Of a DNA stretch of 64,000 bases, positions 8,793 to 19,608 are shown one piece after another. Position numbers and translations under genes: made by a program. The notes beneath the pieces are model-generated. The model was not told the DNA's origin, searched no databases, and saw only the letters and a program-made list of their open reading frames with translations. Source of the DNA: Nitrososphaerales archaeon (GTDB lineage: Archaea; Thermoproteota; Nitrososphaeria; Nitrososphaerales; UBA213); assembly GCA_965197925.1 (NCBI GenBank), contig CBDAOC010000019.1, positions 160,001-224,000 of the forward strand, read 5' to 3'. Each line of letters begins with the position of its first letter. Position 1 is the stretch's first letter.

Positions 8793-10013
8793 CTACAATA
8801 ATGGGTTCTTGAATCTAGTAGCAGCTATCCCCATACCTACAACAGCTGTCATTATTACGAGAACACTTGATGGAAATTCTGGAACCACAGTTAGCGAGAT
8901 GCTTGCCATGCCGCTATGCTTTGTATCGTACGGCTTGTTAATGCCCAGACCTGCTATGTCAATTACTAACGTAAATGAACCTGTATTTGAAAATGGAACT
9001 GATTGTACATCTACACCTTCATGAGTGTGCATATTTGCTGAGTTCATCACACTGATACCCTCTTCGTCCGTAATCATGAAATTATAATTCACATGTTGTA
9101 GGGGTTGACCCGTTGCTGGATCAAGGAACCTTATGTCAAACCTGACTGGCTGAGGTGGATCTATTGTTAAGGATTTATCATCTACTGTTCCATTGTCTAT
9201 AATAACTTCAACGTTAACGGAACCATTGTTTGTCGGTATTTCTATCTTCTGTTGTGGTGGTGACTCAATCTCTCTGAACTCGTGGACTATTTCTTCTATT
9301 AGAGTACTAACCTGTTCTGGGCTCTGCATAGAAGCAATTGCATTCTTCAGATCGATAAAAGATAGTTCGATTTCTTCATGCTCATGTTCAATGGTCTTGT
9401 TGGCTATACCTTTGAATACAGCTTCCGCACGTATGACAAAGCCTTGTGCATCTTGATACTCGACCATTTCCTCTATACCAACTTCAGATATGGCTTCCTC
9501 ATACTCGTAATCAGCTGTTTCTAGTAGTTCTATCGCAACTTTAGTCCAGAATACAGTGTCTTCCCTCAATGAAGATGAAAGAGAAGCTCTTATTACATTT
9601 TCAAGTAAGACATTTATTTTATCGACTTCCTTCTTGAAATCGGCGTTGCTCAATATCTCTACCTTATTGAAAAGTTGTTCCAACGCTGTTTCTAATTCAT
9701 CGTGTAAAGCCTTATTATGTTTCAAGATCTCGGGTGCCATTGAATCAAAGTGTTCTACGATAGGATGACCTGCATGAGCTTTTGCAAGGTTAATTTCATT
9801 GGCTTCTTTATTTGCAACAGCCTGCTGAAGATGTCCCCTAATGAATTCTATTTGTGTTGCAAAGTCAACATGGTCCTCTTCCCCTCCATGATGATCTGCT
9901 TCTGATGTGTATACATTGATTGGTGCTGTTGCGTATACATTGCTTGGTACTACAAATACAACTAGTCCCGAAAAAATTATCGCGATTCCGATTAGTATAC
10001 TTTTATTATTCAT
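8793..10013 (-). CDS. Secreted His/Glu-rich putative metal-binding protein with C-terminal PEF(G)-CTERM-type sorting signal
   Basis: Signal peptide; IRGHL...AHAGHPIVEH and EYQDAQGF helical domain; HVNYNF..MHTHEG beta domain; VVPEFP + TM + basic tail. Confidence 0.75.
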   Translation of the reverse strand: MNNKSILIGIAIIFSGLVVFVVPSNVYATAPINVYTSEADHHGGEEDHVDFATQIEFIRGHLQQAVANKEANEINLAKAHAGHPIVEHFDSMAPEILKHNKALHDELETALEQLFNKVEILSNADFKKEVDKINVLLENVIRASLSSSLREDTVFWTKVAIELLETADYEYEEAISEVGIEEMVEYQDAQGFVIRAEAVFKGIANKTIEHEHEEIELSFIDLKNAIASMQSPEQVSTLIEEIVHEFREIESPPQQKIEIPTNNGSVNVEVIIDNGTVDDKSLTIDPPQPVRFDIRFLDPATGQPLQHVNYNFMITDEEGISVMNSANMHTHEGVDVQSVPFSNTGSFTLVIDIAGLGINKPYDTKHSGMASISLTVVPEFPSSVLVIMTAVVGMGIAATRFKNPLL

Positions 10014-10052
10014 AGTAGATTGCCCAAACAACATTATTTAAATCATATCTTT

Positions 10053-10200
10053 GGCTCGGTAGAAACCATACTATAAAGACAGTCATTCTGTGCATATTGT
10101 AAGCAATTACCCTAAATGTTGATTCCCTGTTATGCATCTTAACAAGTCTTGATGTTACATGCTCTCCAGACCATCTCTTTATCACTTGAATATTTTCATT
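10053..10200 (-). mobile_element. Right-end fragment of the GGCTCTGTAGAAAC-ended IS5-family element
   Basis: GGCTCGGTAGAAACCAT end; encodes FRVIAYNMHRMTVF as at 40519-40905. Confidence 0.75.
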
Positions 10201-10307
10201 CCATGAGCTGATTATCATTATTGAAAAATGTGTATCGGATTTAAAGGATATTGTAACGAATATAGCATCGCATGGTAAGAACATTGAACAAGGAAGCAAT
10301 TACACGT

Positions 10308-10541
10308 ATGAAAGGAATATTCTTAGCATTACTAGTCCTAAGCTTAGTAGCTATTGTTGTATTACCCATGACTTATGATATTCTAGACAAAAGAGAATCT
10401 CTAATACAAATTGACATCTACATTACTCTCCTTGTAGTTTGGATATTGTTGATGCTTACCCTAGCCATCATTTACCTTGTAGGGGAAGCTGGTAAGAGGT
10501 TCAAACCATATTCCCTGCCTATCAAGGGGGAGGTAGATTAG
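10308..10541 (+). CDS. Small two-TM membrane protein
   Basis: Two hydrophobic helices; directly upstream of the CBS gene. Confidence 0.55.
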   Translation: MKGIFLALLVLSLVAIVVLPMTYDILDKRESLIQIDIYITLLVVWILLMLTLAIIYLVGEAGKRFKPYSLPIKGEVD

Positions 10542-10542
10542 A

Positions 10543-11076
10543 GTGTCTCTGGAGGCTACATTAGTATCGGAAATAATGATGAAGGATGTAAAGCAGGTAA
10601 AGTCTTCAGAACCTGTTCTTTATGCAATTGGTATAATGGCAAAACATAAGATAAGCAGCGTTGTAATAGTTGATGAAAAAGATAGGCCATTAGGTATCTT
10701 CACAGAGAAAGATGTCATAAGAATCATACCTGAACATAACAGACCATTGATGCTGCTGTTGAACTTAGTGATGACAAGCCCACTAGTAACCATACTTCCC
10801 TCTTCATCTCTATCGACTGTTTTGATGTTAATGACACAGAAGAATATTAATCACTTACCTGTAGTCGAAAACGAGAAACTCATCGGAATAGTTACAGAAA
10901 AAGATATCTTCAGGTACGTTTTGCGGAATGCAGGATTGATGGAAGAAATGCTTACTGAAGGAGCTCGACAAATCCCTGCACAGATGTTGGAAAGGTTTGG
11001 AATGGAAATGGTGGAGAAAGGGGTCTGGCCAGAACCAAGCAGGACAAAACAAGGTCCGTTCTTATTACAACCCTAA
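10543..11076 (+). CDS. CBS domain-pair protein
   Basis: VSEIM...PLGIFTEKDV and HLPVVENEKLIGIVTEKDI. Confidence 0.9.
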   Translation: MSLEATLVSEIMMKDVKQVKSSEPVLYAIGIMAKHKISSVVIVDEKDRPLGIFTEKDVIRIIPEHNRPLMLLLNLVMTSPLVTILPSSSLSTVLMLMTQKNINHLPVVENEKLIGIVTEKDIFRYVLRNAGLMEEMLTEGARQIPAQMLERFGMEMVEKGVWPEPSRTKQGPFLLQP

Positions 11077-11124
11077 TTTGATATTTGTGGATGGTCACTC
11101 GGCGGCAAATTAGCAGGATAGGAC

Positions 11125-11469
11125 TCGCTATAGGCCAGCCTATGATTACCAAATAATAGCTGAGTATTGAAAACGCTGTGCTTACCAGAATGATTCCTAA
11201 CCATTTAAAACGCTTCCTTATCCTCTCAAAACTTGTTATTACTGATGTTTGGTAATGACGACCCACAACAAATTCCAATATCATCAAGGTCAAGCCAAAG
11301 CTGAACATTATGATCAGATACGGAACCAGAAACGCGCCCCCACTGTTTGTGCCCACAATTAGGGAAAGCGCCAGATATCCCCTATTCCAACTGCCGAACC
11401 TATTCCAGCAAAAATGAATCCCACATACGAATCCCAATGCCTTCTATTTTTCCCAAGTCTGTATGTCAT
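11125..11469 (-). pseudogene. Sodium-dependent (NSS family) transporter, truncated 5-prime fragment
   Basis: RHWDSYVGFIFAGIGSAVGIGDIWRFP, frameshift, GGAFLVPYLI...LEFVVGR...SYYLVIIGW, then lost. Confidence 0.8.
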
Positions 11470-11655
11470 AATTCATGTTCTTAAAAGTATAATACAATTT
11501 GATCGGTTTTTTGTACGGGCAACAGAAGATTGTATTCAACAGTTTGTTTAATGATTATTTGATGTCTATTGTTTTGATCAAATAATGTTTTAAATTCATT
11601 TTAGATCAAACTTTTGTAAGCAACGTTTAAAATACCTGTAGTTTGGTTTTTGTTA

Positions 11656-12189
11656 ATGAATGGTAATGTACTAGATCAGCCATTGAGGAACTTTATTCAT
11701 AAGAAGGTTATCATGCTTGATGTCGATCAAACTATTGAAGAGGCTGCGAAGACAATGCGTGATGAGCAGATTGGCAGTATTCTTGTTTCAGAGAAAGGTG
11801 AGCCAGTTGGAATTATTACAGAAAGAGATATTCTTTATAAAGTAGTGGCAGGAGGCAAAGATCCTTCTGAGTTAAAAATAAAGGAAATTGTTAGCAAACT
11901 GTTGATCTTCATAGATTCCAATGCAAAGGTCAAAGATGCTATAGCCTTGATGGTGAAGAAGAATATACGTAGACTGGTGGTGATGGATGGAAAAAGCCTT
12001 AGCGGTGTTATTTCACAGAGGGCTGTTGTTGGTGATGTGCATAAAGCTGATGTTTCTATTGCGGAAATTGATTTGCCCAAGGGAATATCGTGTCCATACT
12101 GCAGTTCCGTTTTCGAAAACAAAGAAGAACTTTCGAAACACCTAGACAGGATACATATTGGATACGGGTTGCTAGAAGGTATAAGGTAG
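11656..12189 (+). CDS. CBS domain-pair protein with C-terminal C2H2 zinc finger
   Basis: PVGIITERDIL; CPYC...LSKHLDRIH. Confidence 0.88.
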   Translation: MNGNVLDQPLRNFIHKKVIMLDVDQTIEEAAKTMRDEQIGSILVSEKGEPVGIITERDILYKVVAGGKDPSELKIKEIVSKLLIFIDSNAKVKDAIALMVKKNIRRLVVMDGKSLSGVISQRAVVGDVHKADVSIAEIDLPKGISCPYCSSVFENKEELSKHLDRIHIGYGLLEGIR

Positions 12190-12320
12190 ACACATCTAAA
12201 TTCTTAGAAATACCATATTAATATACCCGGTAATTTACTCGATGATTTGATATAACAATCATAGTAATGTTCTACTTGCAGATTTTATTGTCAGCAATGG
12301 AGCACAATATATGAAGATGC

Positions 12321-12590
12321 TTATTTCTTGCATTCTCGCTCTATTTCCTTCAAACTTCTTCGGTGAAGGAAATACAGAAAACCTCCGCTGATGATCATAA
12401 CACCTCCAAATATGGTTAAAGCCTGGTAGTATTCCATATACTGAATAGCATATTTCGGATCCTCTTGAAATTGCTCAACAGGAATAGTTGTAATAAACAT
12501 AGCCCATAATGCGAACACCGCAAGTACCACTCCAACGCTTGTTATGGAGATTCCAGCTATCTTTGACAAACGATACACCATTGGGATCAA
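12321..12590 (-). CDS. Small two-TM membrane protein
   Basis: 89 aa with two hydrophobic helices. Confidence 0.55.
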   Translation of the reverse strand: MIPMVYRLSKIAGISITSVGVVLAVFALWAMFITTIPVEQFQEDPKYAIQYMEYYQALTIFGGVMIISGGFLYFLHRRSLKEIERECKK

Positions 12591-12719
12591 ATATATTTAC
12601 TTGAACATTCTTAAAAAGACAATACTAAATTTTCAATTATGATTTTCATTATTGAAAATTTATTATTTGAGGTTAAGCGATATAATAAGGATCCAGACGG
12701 TCCTTGAGGAGTGAAATTT

Positions 12720-13256
12720 GGTAACAGGGCAACACGGTAGTTGTTATAACGAATACCAGTACCTTGATTACAGAAAGACAAAGACAGGACAAAATATTGA
12801 GCCGTGACAACCTCTATTTTTGAACAAGTTTGAAGGACCGATATCTACTGCCTGGGTATTTAATAGTTTTTCACGTATTGCACAAAGAGAGCAGGAATTC
12901 AAAAGTTTGTCAAAATTAACGGCAGAAAACAATACAAAATACAAGATGGACTCTCACGAACTACGGGACCTGTCAAAATCGACATTTATTGATTCCTGAT
13001 TCAGACCGGATGTGGCAGACCACGTTATAGGTCACAAGCCAAATGACTCTTACGAAAAGCAGGAAAAACTGTACCTGAAACTCCAAGAAAGGAATTGCAA
13101 AAGCATCAAAGAGACTCGACATATTCACAAAATTCTCCATCAGTAATCAATGGAACTGATGATGCAGATGAACTGAAAACAGGGTTAAAACAAAAAATTC
13201 AGGAAATGGATGACCTAAAAAAAGAAATTGTAACCGAAGCAGCGATTAAGAAGTAG
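12720..13256 (+). pseudogene. Tyrosine recombinase/integrase, C-terminal catalytic region, disrupted
   Basis: QPLFLNKFEGPISTAW...MDSHELRDLSKSTFIDS*FRPDVADHVIGHKPNDSYEKQ (H-x-L-R and GH...Y motifs) with stops and frameshifts. Confidence 0.75.
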
Positions 13257-13414
13257 ATATAACTATTCCACGACATCGCATTGACCCCAGATTTAACATC
13301 AAAACAAAACCCGTAAGATCCTGATTACTTAACAGAACCAAAACTAAAACAGCCCCGAAGTTTCCAATGGAAAAACTAATCTAGTTTGTTGCGCCTTTGT
13401 TGGTACGGATATCA

Positions 13415-13836
13415 ATGAGTAAATCCGAAATTAATACCTTGGATCTCATACCCGTAAGGATGCTGACACAGTATGTCTACTGTAAACGTTTGGCATACAT
13501 GGAGTGGGTACAGGGCGAATTTGCATACAATGCAGACGTAGTAGACGGCAAGTACCGGCATAGAAATGTGAACAAACCATCTGGAAGAAGAAAACTTGAG
13601 CAGGGCAGCACGGATGAAAAAATTCACGCAAGATCAATCACTTTATCAGATACAGAACTTGGACTTGTATCCAAGACGGATTTGTTGGAACTGGAAGGAA
13701 GCATTGCAACCCCAGTGGAGTATAAACGTGGAAGCACTCCTGAAAATCAAGATAGGGTATATGAGGATCATATCATACAGGTATGTGCACAAGGACTGCT
13801 ACTTCGTGCAAATGGGTACACGTGTACAAAAGGCAA
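13415..13836 (+). pseudogene. cas4: Cas4 domain (N-terminus of a type I-G Cas4/Cas1-type protein), truncated by deletion
   Basis: IPVRMLTQYVYCKRLAYMEWVQGEF...DLLE..PVEYKRG...QVCAQGLLLRANGY; C-terminal Cys triad and any Cas1 part missing. Confidence 0.85.
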
Positions 13837-15828
13837 TATGTCATAATAGGAACGCAAGACATGCTCATCTCAGGCGCATTGAATCGCGCATATGGGAACA
13901 ATCCAAATGTATGGCCAATCATCTTTGGTTTACTCAACAATGACAGCATGTGGGTTATGGATGAGGTTCAGATTATGGAAAATGCTCTGCCTACGTCGAT
14001 ACAGCTAGATAAATTTCGAGATCAGTTTGAAACATATGGGCCACATAAAACAGTATGGATGTCTGCCACAATAAATCCTGATTGGCTAGAGACTGTTGAC
14101 TCTCCAAAGGGCAGTCTGAAGATACACAATCTTGAAGAAGCAGACAGCAATGATGAACTCGAAACACGTAACAAGGCGAATAAAACCCTTCACAAAGCGC
14201 CAATCACGTTAAAAAAGGAATACAGTAAAAAAGACGTAGAAAAGATGCTAGAATTACACAAAAAGGGTACTACAACTGCAATAATGGTAAACACAGTAAA
14301 AAGGGCGCAAGATCTGTATAGAATTTTATCAGGACAAGCCGACTGCAAGTTGATTCATTCAAGATTTAGGACTGCAGAACGGAATGAATTAAACAAATGG
14401 ATAAGCAATTTAAAAGAGAATGAAGATAAAATTATTGTTTCAACACAAGTACTTGAAGCAGGTGTGGATGTCTCTGTTAGAATGATGATTACGGAGGTTG
14501 CGCCTTGGGCTAATTTGGTTCAAAGATTTGGAAGGTGTAATAGACGTGGAAAACTGCCAGCTGGAGATGTGTATTGGATAGACATTGACAAAAATTATCC
14601 GCCATACAGCGAGGATGATCTCACACACGCAAAAAACAAACTAGACAAGCTGGAAGACAAGTCCATATCGCCTAGCGAATTGCGAGACATTGAAGAACAA
14701 AAATTCTTCGATGCCGTACTGCGCCGCCGAGACATGATTAATTTGTTTGACACTGCGCCTGACCTGTCTGGCAATCACACTGACGTATCTAGGTTCGTAC
14801 GCAATATGGAACAGCAGCTAGATGTGAGTGTGTTCTGGCGCGATGGATGTAATTGTAAATATGACAAAAAGGACAGATTCAAACCCGAAAGGGATGAGAT
14901 ATGCAGCGTACCAATATCCGATCTTAGAGAATTTCTCAAAAAGAAGAGCGTATATGGATATGTTTGGGATTATGCGGATAGAACATGGGAAGAAGTTTAT
15001 CATACGGATCTATTGCCCGGACAAACTGTCATGTTGGATAGTGGGATTGGCGGATACTCCAAGACCTATGGCTGGGATGGCAAAAGCAACGACCGCGTAG
15101 ATGTTGTAGGAAAACCACAACAGGTGCCAGAGTCACATGATAGTGATCATACATCACAATTACGGATACCGGTAACGTTAGGAGATCATACCAAACATGT
15201 TCTGTGTGAAATAGATCTTTTTTTGAAAAACATTTCATATTTGGATGATGGTGTCAAAAATGCCCTTCGCACAGCAGCAAGATATCATGATGTTGGAAAG
15301 GCTCACAGCGTGTTTCAGGAAACGATGAAAAAAGGCATCTGCGATGAAAGAAAAAATGAAGGCAAGGTTTGGGCAAAGACTCAAAAGATGTCCAGACACA
15401 GTATATCGGGTTTCAGGCATGAGGTTGTAAGTGCATTGGCATATCTCAAACAAAAAGATAAGCTCGATGAGGAATTAAGAAACCTAGTTGCATATCTCAT
15501 AATGTCGCATCACGGAAAGGTCAGGCTTTCATTAAGAAATTTTTTCAAGAAGGAACGCACAAAGAAAGATAAGGAATATCTATTTGGCATAAAAACAGAC
15601 GGAGACATGCTGCCAAAATTCTCCAGTGACGATGTATCCATTGAAGAGACGCGTATTGATATGTCGTTGGCTAGCATCGGAAGAGATGAATCAGGAAATT
15701 CTTCATGGACAGAACGTGCAATCGCGTTGCGTGACAAGTATCATCCGTTTCGTCTTGCATATCTGGAGATGTTGATCAGGAGAGCAGATTGGCTTGCAAG
15801 TGCAAAAGAAAACGAGGAGAAATGTTGA
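13830..15828 (+). pseudogene. cas3: Type I-G Cas3 helicase-nuclease with C-terminal HD domain, lacking N-terminus (no Walker A)
   Basis: IGTQDML, DEVQ, MSAT, VNTVKRAQ, HSRFR, TQVLEAGVD, QRFGRCNR, then H...HDVGK...FRHE...SHHGK...RRADW at the C-terminus. Confidence 0.9.
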
Positions 15829-17951
15829 TGAACCAACACCTACTAGAAGGATGCAGGACAACTCCGGTATCCAACTATCTCAAGGCCCTGGGACTGTTCA
15901 GGATTGTATCAAAAAAAGATCCCGGAAGTACGGCCTGCTGGAAGAACGATAATTTTGTTCTTGAAACTGAGATGAGCAAGGAGGAGATCATGGAATTTTT
16001 GTTAAATAAATACAGCCCAACTCCAATAATTAGTCCATGGAGTTTTAATAAATTTGAAAAAACTCGTGATAAACTCAAGGATTTAATTGAATTAGAACGG
16101 TTCGAACCATATAAAAAAACAGTTGATTGTGTTCGTGACGTATTTAATAAGTTACATGGCATTCATAAGATAGAAAAAATTTCTAAAAACGAAATAAACG
16201 AAAAAATAAAACTGTCGCTCTTGAAATTATGTCGCAACTATCTTCCGGATGAGGCTGTACCATGGCTTGATGCTACTTTTGTAATTGAAGCAACAAGCAG
16301 ACGTAGTTTTGCTCCGATACTGGGTACAGGCGCAAATGACGGGAATTTTGACATGGCGGAGAATTTTGTTAAATGTATCCACAAGATATTTGGATCTGGA
16401 GGAGAAAACAATGCTAAATCCAAGGAATGGTTAGAATCTGCATTATTTGGTAATGTCGTTGAATTAGATGAAAGATCAACAACAGGCCATGATCCTGATG
16501 GATCAGGGGGTCCAAATTCAGGAATGGGTTTTGAAGGCAAGTCTTTGTCTAATCCCTGGGGTTATGTTCTGATGATTGAGGGCACCGCATTATTTGCAGG
16601 CAGTTTATCAAAACAGCTGTCTGCCAACAATACGGGCAAAGCCGTGTTTCCATTTACTGCTGGTACTTCAAGCGCAGGATACGCTACGGCATCCAACGAA
16701 GACAGAGATGGGATAAAAGACTCATCATCTAGGGGCGAAATTTGGTTGCCAATATGGGAAAACCTCACAACATATAAAGAAATAAAATATGTTTTTAATG
16801 AGGGGAGAATCCAACTTGGAAAAAAACACGCGAAGACAGGAACCGAGTTTGCACGTGCCATCATATCTCTGGGTACGGAACGCGGAATATCAAAATTTCA
16901 GCGGTTCTGTATTTTGAAAAGAAAAGGCAAGTGCTACCTTTTCACAAACGCCGGCAAAATAACCGTGGCAGACGAACCCGTTGCCAGTCTGTTGGACGAA
17001 TTAGACAAATGGTATAACCCAATCATCAAACAAAGCAAAAAGAATGCATCCGAGAAACTTGTACGCTTGGTAAAAAGTCTTGATGAATCTATAATGAAAT
17101 TTTGTACCTATAGAAAAAAACAGAATCTGCTACAATTATTAATAATGATAGGAAGGCTTGAGAGATACATATCTGGAGATGCTGACTTTGAACCATTAGA
17201 AAAACTGTCAGACAGATGGTTGGTTGAATGTTATGATGGATCCGCAGAATTCAGATTAGCCGCATCTATCGCGTCGATAAAACATGCGAATGGCGTAGGC
17301 AGCATACGGGAAAATTTAGAAAATGTAATACAAAAAAATGACGGTTGGAAACATAAAAAAAATTCAGTATCATTTGTATGGAAAGAAGACGATAACTTGC
17401 TGAAAAATATGAGTCGTGTCTTGCAAAGACGCAGTCTGGACGGAAAGATCAAGTCACATGACATCATTCCAATCAAAGGAATCATACCTGCTAAAATTGA
17501 TGACATCACTAAATTTCTCAATGGTGATTTGGATACAAGAAAAATAAGCGATCTCATACTCCCATTATCGATAGTAGACGTGACACCTGAAACAGAATAT
17601 TCTTGGAAAAATAACCTCCAAGAGGACATTAGTTTGCCATTACCGGAGGCATATATGATTATGAAGTTAATTCATCCTTCAGATGAAAAAGAAAACATCC
17701 CATATGATATGTCTGTGCTAAATTTGCTGTTTGCGGGACTAATAGATAATGCATATGCAAAAACAGCATACATGCTACATGCACATGGATTATCGCCTCT
17801 TAGATATTCTAAAAAAACAGGCAATGCCAAGAGCACGTCTCTTTCTGACGTTGTGAAGGAATATTTAGTAGCCTCATTACTTTTTCCAATTTCAGGTAAG
17901 GACAGAGAATTAATGTTAAAATCAGTAATAGTAGATCACACTTGGGCCTAA
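15828..17951 (+). CDS. cas8u1: Type I-G CRISPR large subunit Cas8g/Cas8u1 (Csx17)
   Basis: LEGC...YLKALGLFR, YSPTPIISPW, PILGTGANDGNFD, NPWGYVLMIEG, RGEIWLPIW, EFRLAASIAS; TGATG coupling to cas3. Confidence 0.88.
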   Translation: MNQHLLEGCRTTPVSNYLKALGLFRIVSKKDPGSTACWKNDNFVLETEMSKEEIMEFLLNKYSPTPIISPWSFNKFEKTRDKLKDLIELERFEPYKKTVDCVRDVFNKLHGIHKIEKISKNEINEKIKLSLLKLCRNYLPDEAVPWLDATFVIEATSRRSFAPILGTGANDGNFDMAENFVKCIHKIFGSGGENNAKSKEWLESALFGNVVELDERSTTGHDPDGSGGPNSGMGFEGKSLSNPWGYVLMIEGTALFAGSLSKQLSANNTGKAVFPFTAGTSSAGYATASNEDRDGIKDSSSRGEIWLPIWENLTTYKEIKYVFNEGRIQLGKKHAKTGTEFARAIISLGTERGISKFQRFCILKRKGKCYLFTNAGKITVADEPVASLLDELDKWYNPIIKQSKKNASEKLVRLVKSLDESIMKFCTYRKKQNLLQLLIMIGRLERYISGDADFEPLEKLSDRWLVECYDGSAEFRLAASIASIKHANGVGSIRENLENVIQKNDGWKHKKNSVSFVWKEDDNLLKNMSRVLQRRSLDGKIKSHDIIPIKGIIPAKIDDITKFLNGDLDTRKISDLILPLSIVDVTPETEYSWKNNLQEDISLPLPEAYMIMKLIHPSDEKENIPYDMSVLNLLFAGLIDNAYAKTAYMLHAHGLSPLRYSKKTGNAKSTSLSDVVKEYLVASLLFPISGKDRELMLKSVIVDHTWA

Positions 17952-18030
17952 ATTCGATACCAGAAATATCCATCGGTGGACGCCGTTTAGTTTGTTCTAT
18001 TCGACTGGATCCAATATCTGATCTGCCATC
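17942..18030 (+). pseudogene. Probable N-terminal stub of Cas7g (Csb1)
   Basis: Overlaps the cas8 stop at the expected operon position; RRLVCSIRLDPI resembles the first strand of Csb1; sequence then diverges. Confidence 0.4.
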
Positions 18031-18164
18031 ATGGATAATGCGGGAGGCTTGCATTGGCCAGAACCGGAGCGGCCAACAGATATTGTGTTGGTTTCGGTGC
18101 AAGATTGGTGTATTGCCCTGGACTGTCCAATCCAAAGGCACCAAATGAGCACGGAGTTCTAGTT

Positions 18165-18740
18165 TATGCATGGCTACGGCAGAACCAGGGGATGGATGTT
18201 AGGATACAAGCTGCATATGGGCTGCAGTACAGGCTCATTGATTGCACCATTGTCTGCTGACCTGGCTACGGCAAATATTTCTGATAATAACATGCATGAG
18301 AGTATAACGGCACCATTACCAGAAGGGGGTTAGATACATTGCGGGAGATGAAGGATATGATGATCACAAGTTATGTGATTTCAGCGGGTATAGAGGGCAT
18401 CCAGTATTCCCATTGGAAAGGTACAAGCATGCCACAGATAATAATAGACTAGCTGCGGTTCTATAACTCTGAATATGGGCAGTATGCATATTCTCGGAGG
18501 GGCATGAGCGTTGAGCCATTGATAGAGCAGATAATGGAGATATATTTGATAGATCCATTGCCAGTAGAGGGTTCAATAAGGCAGGGAGCATGGTACTGTT
18601 ATCAGTATTGTTGTATCAGGTAATGGTGTACTACAATCTAGCAGGAAGGCCATTAAGAGAATTGAAGTATATGCTGGACAGTTAGTTAAACCACATCCAT
18701 ATGCAGCAGGTATCTTATTGCTTAATTATGCCTAACCCTC
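18165..18740 (+). mobile_element. 3-prime half of the GAGGCTTGG-ended DDE IS with right TIR
   Basis: GYKLHMGCSTGSLIAPLSADLATANISDN...YIAGDEGYDD; end AATTATGCCTAACCCTC is the rc match to GAGGCTTGGGCATAATT. Confidence 0.75.
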
Positions 18741-18904
18741 AAATATTTGGTTGGATTATTTTTCCAGACGGATAATTTTTTCAACCCATTGCTTATACTA
18801 GGAACCATGTGATTCACGACATGCCAAAGTTATCAAACAGGATAAATGGCAATACAAATAACAAAAGCAGGATAATGCAGGATAGAATACTGAGCACGGT
18901 TGGA

Positions 18905-19475
18905 ATGAAACGTGAAGATGATGCCAAATACATCGTAAGTTATGGGGGAGGAATAAACTCTACGGCCATGATTGTGTATTTAGTCAAGAACAAGTTTCCA
19001 CTTTGTATTTTCAGATACCGGAGATGAGATGCCAGAGACATATGAACATCTTGATGTAGTGGAGAAACATCTTAAAGGAAGAAAAATTCCGTTTGAAATT
19101 GTAAAGGTATGAAATGATACTTCTTTGTCTGACAGATGTTTTAAGCTAAAAGCAATCCCATCACAAGTTTGGCGATGGTGTACCCGTGACATGAAGGTAA
19201 CCCCGATTCATTCATTTTATCGAAAATTGCATTCACACATATATCAATACATGGGAATTGATTATGATGTAGTTCATAGAATGAAACCAGCCAAAGTAGA
19301 TTATATGACTAGTCTGTACCTGTTAATTGACTGCAAGATAGGCAGAAAGGAATGTGTAAATCTGATCAAAAAAGCAGGACTGCCAATACCTGTAAAAAGT
19401 GGTTGCTAGATGTGCCCATTTAACAACATGGAGAGGTGGGCAGAAATCTATGAAAAACATCATGGTTTATTTAAT
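18905..19475 (+). pseudogene. PAPS-reductase-like / adenine-nucleotide alpha-hydrolase (MGE type), disrupted
   Basis: IVSYGGGINSTAM, DTGDEMPETY, RWCTRDMKVTPI, MGIDYD, LPIPVKSGC*MCPF; frameshift and stops. Confidence 0.8.
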
Positions 19476-19608
19476 GATTTATTCAATTCCAACATAGAAA
19501 TCAAAGGCAGTGAACCATTTTTTCATAGTTATAATATAATAGGTGAAAATCAAACCAAAGTTGTTGGTGCTGGAACTATTACAATAGGTGCAAGTAAAAA
19601 CTGCGTGG

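Noticed and set aside
13783..13830. ORF-track start of the 681-aa Cas3
   Set aside because: These codons are out-of-frame cas4 sequence upstream of the deletion junction, not a real start
12600..19500. Canonical CRISPR array next to the cas genes
   Set aside because: No run of three or more regularly spaced repeats was found by eye in or around the operon
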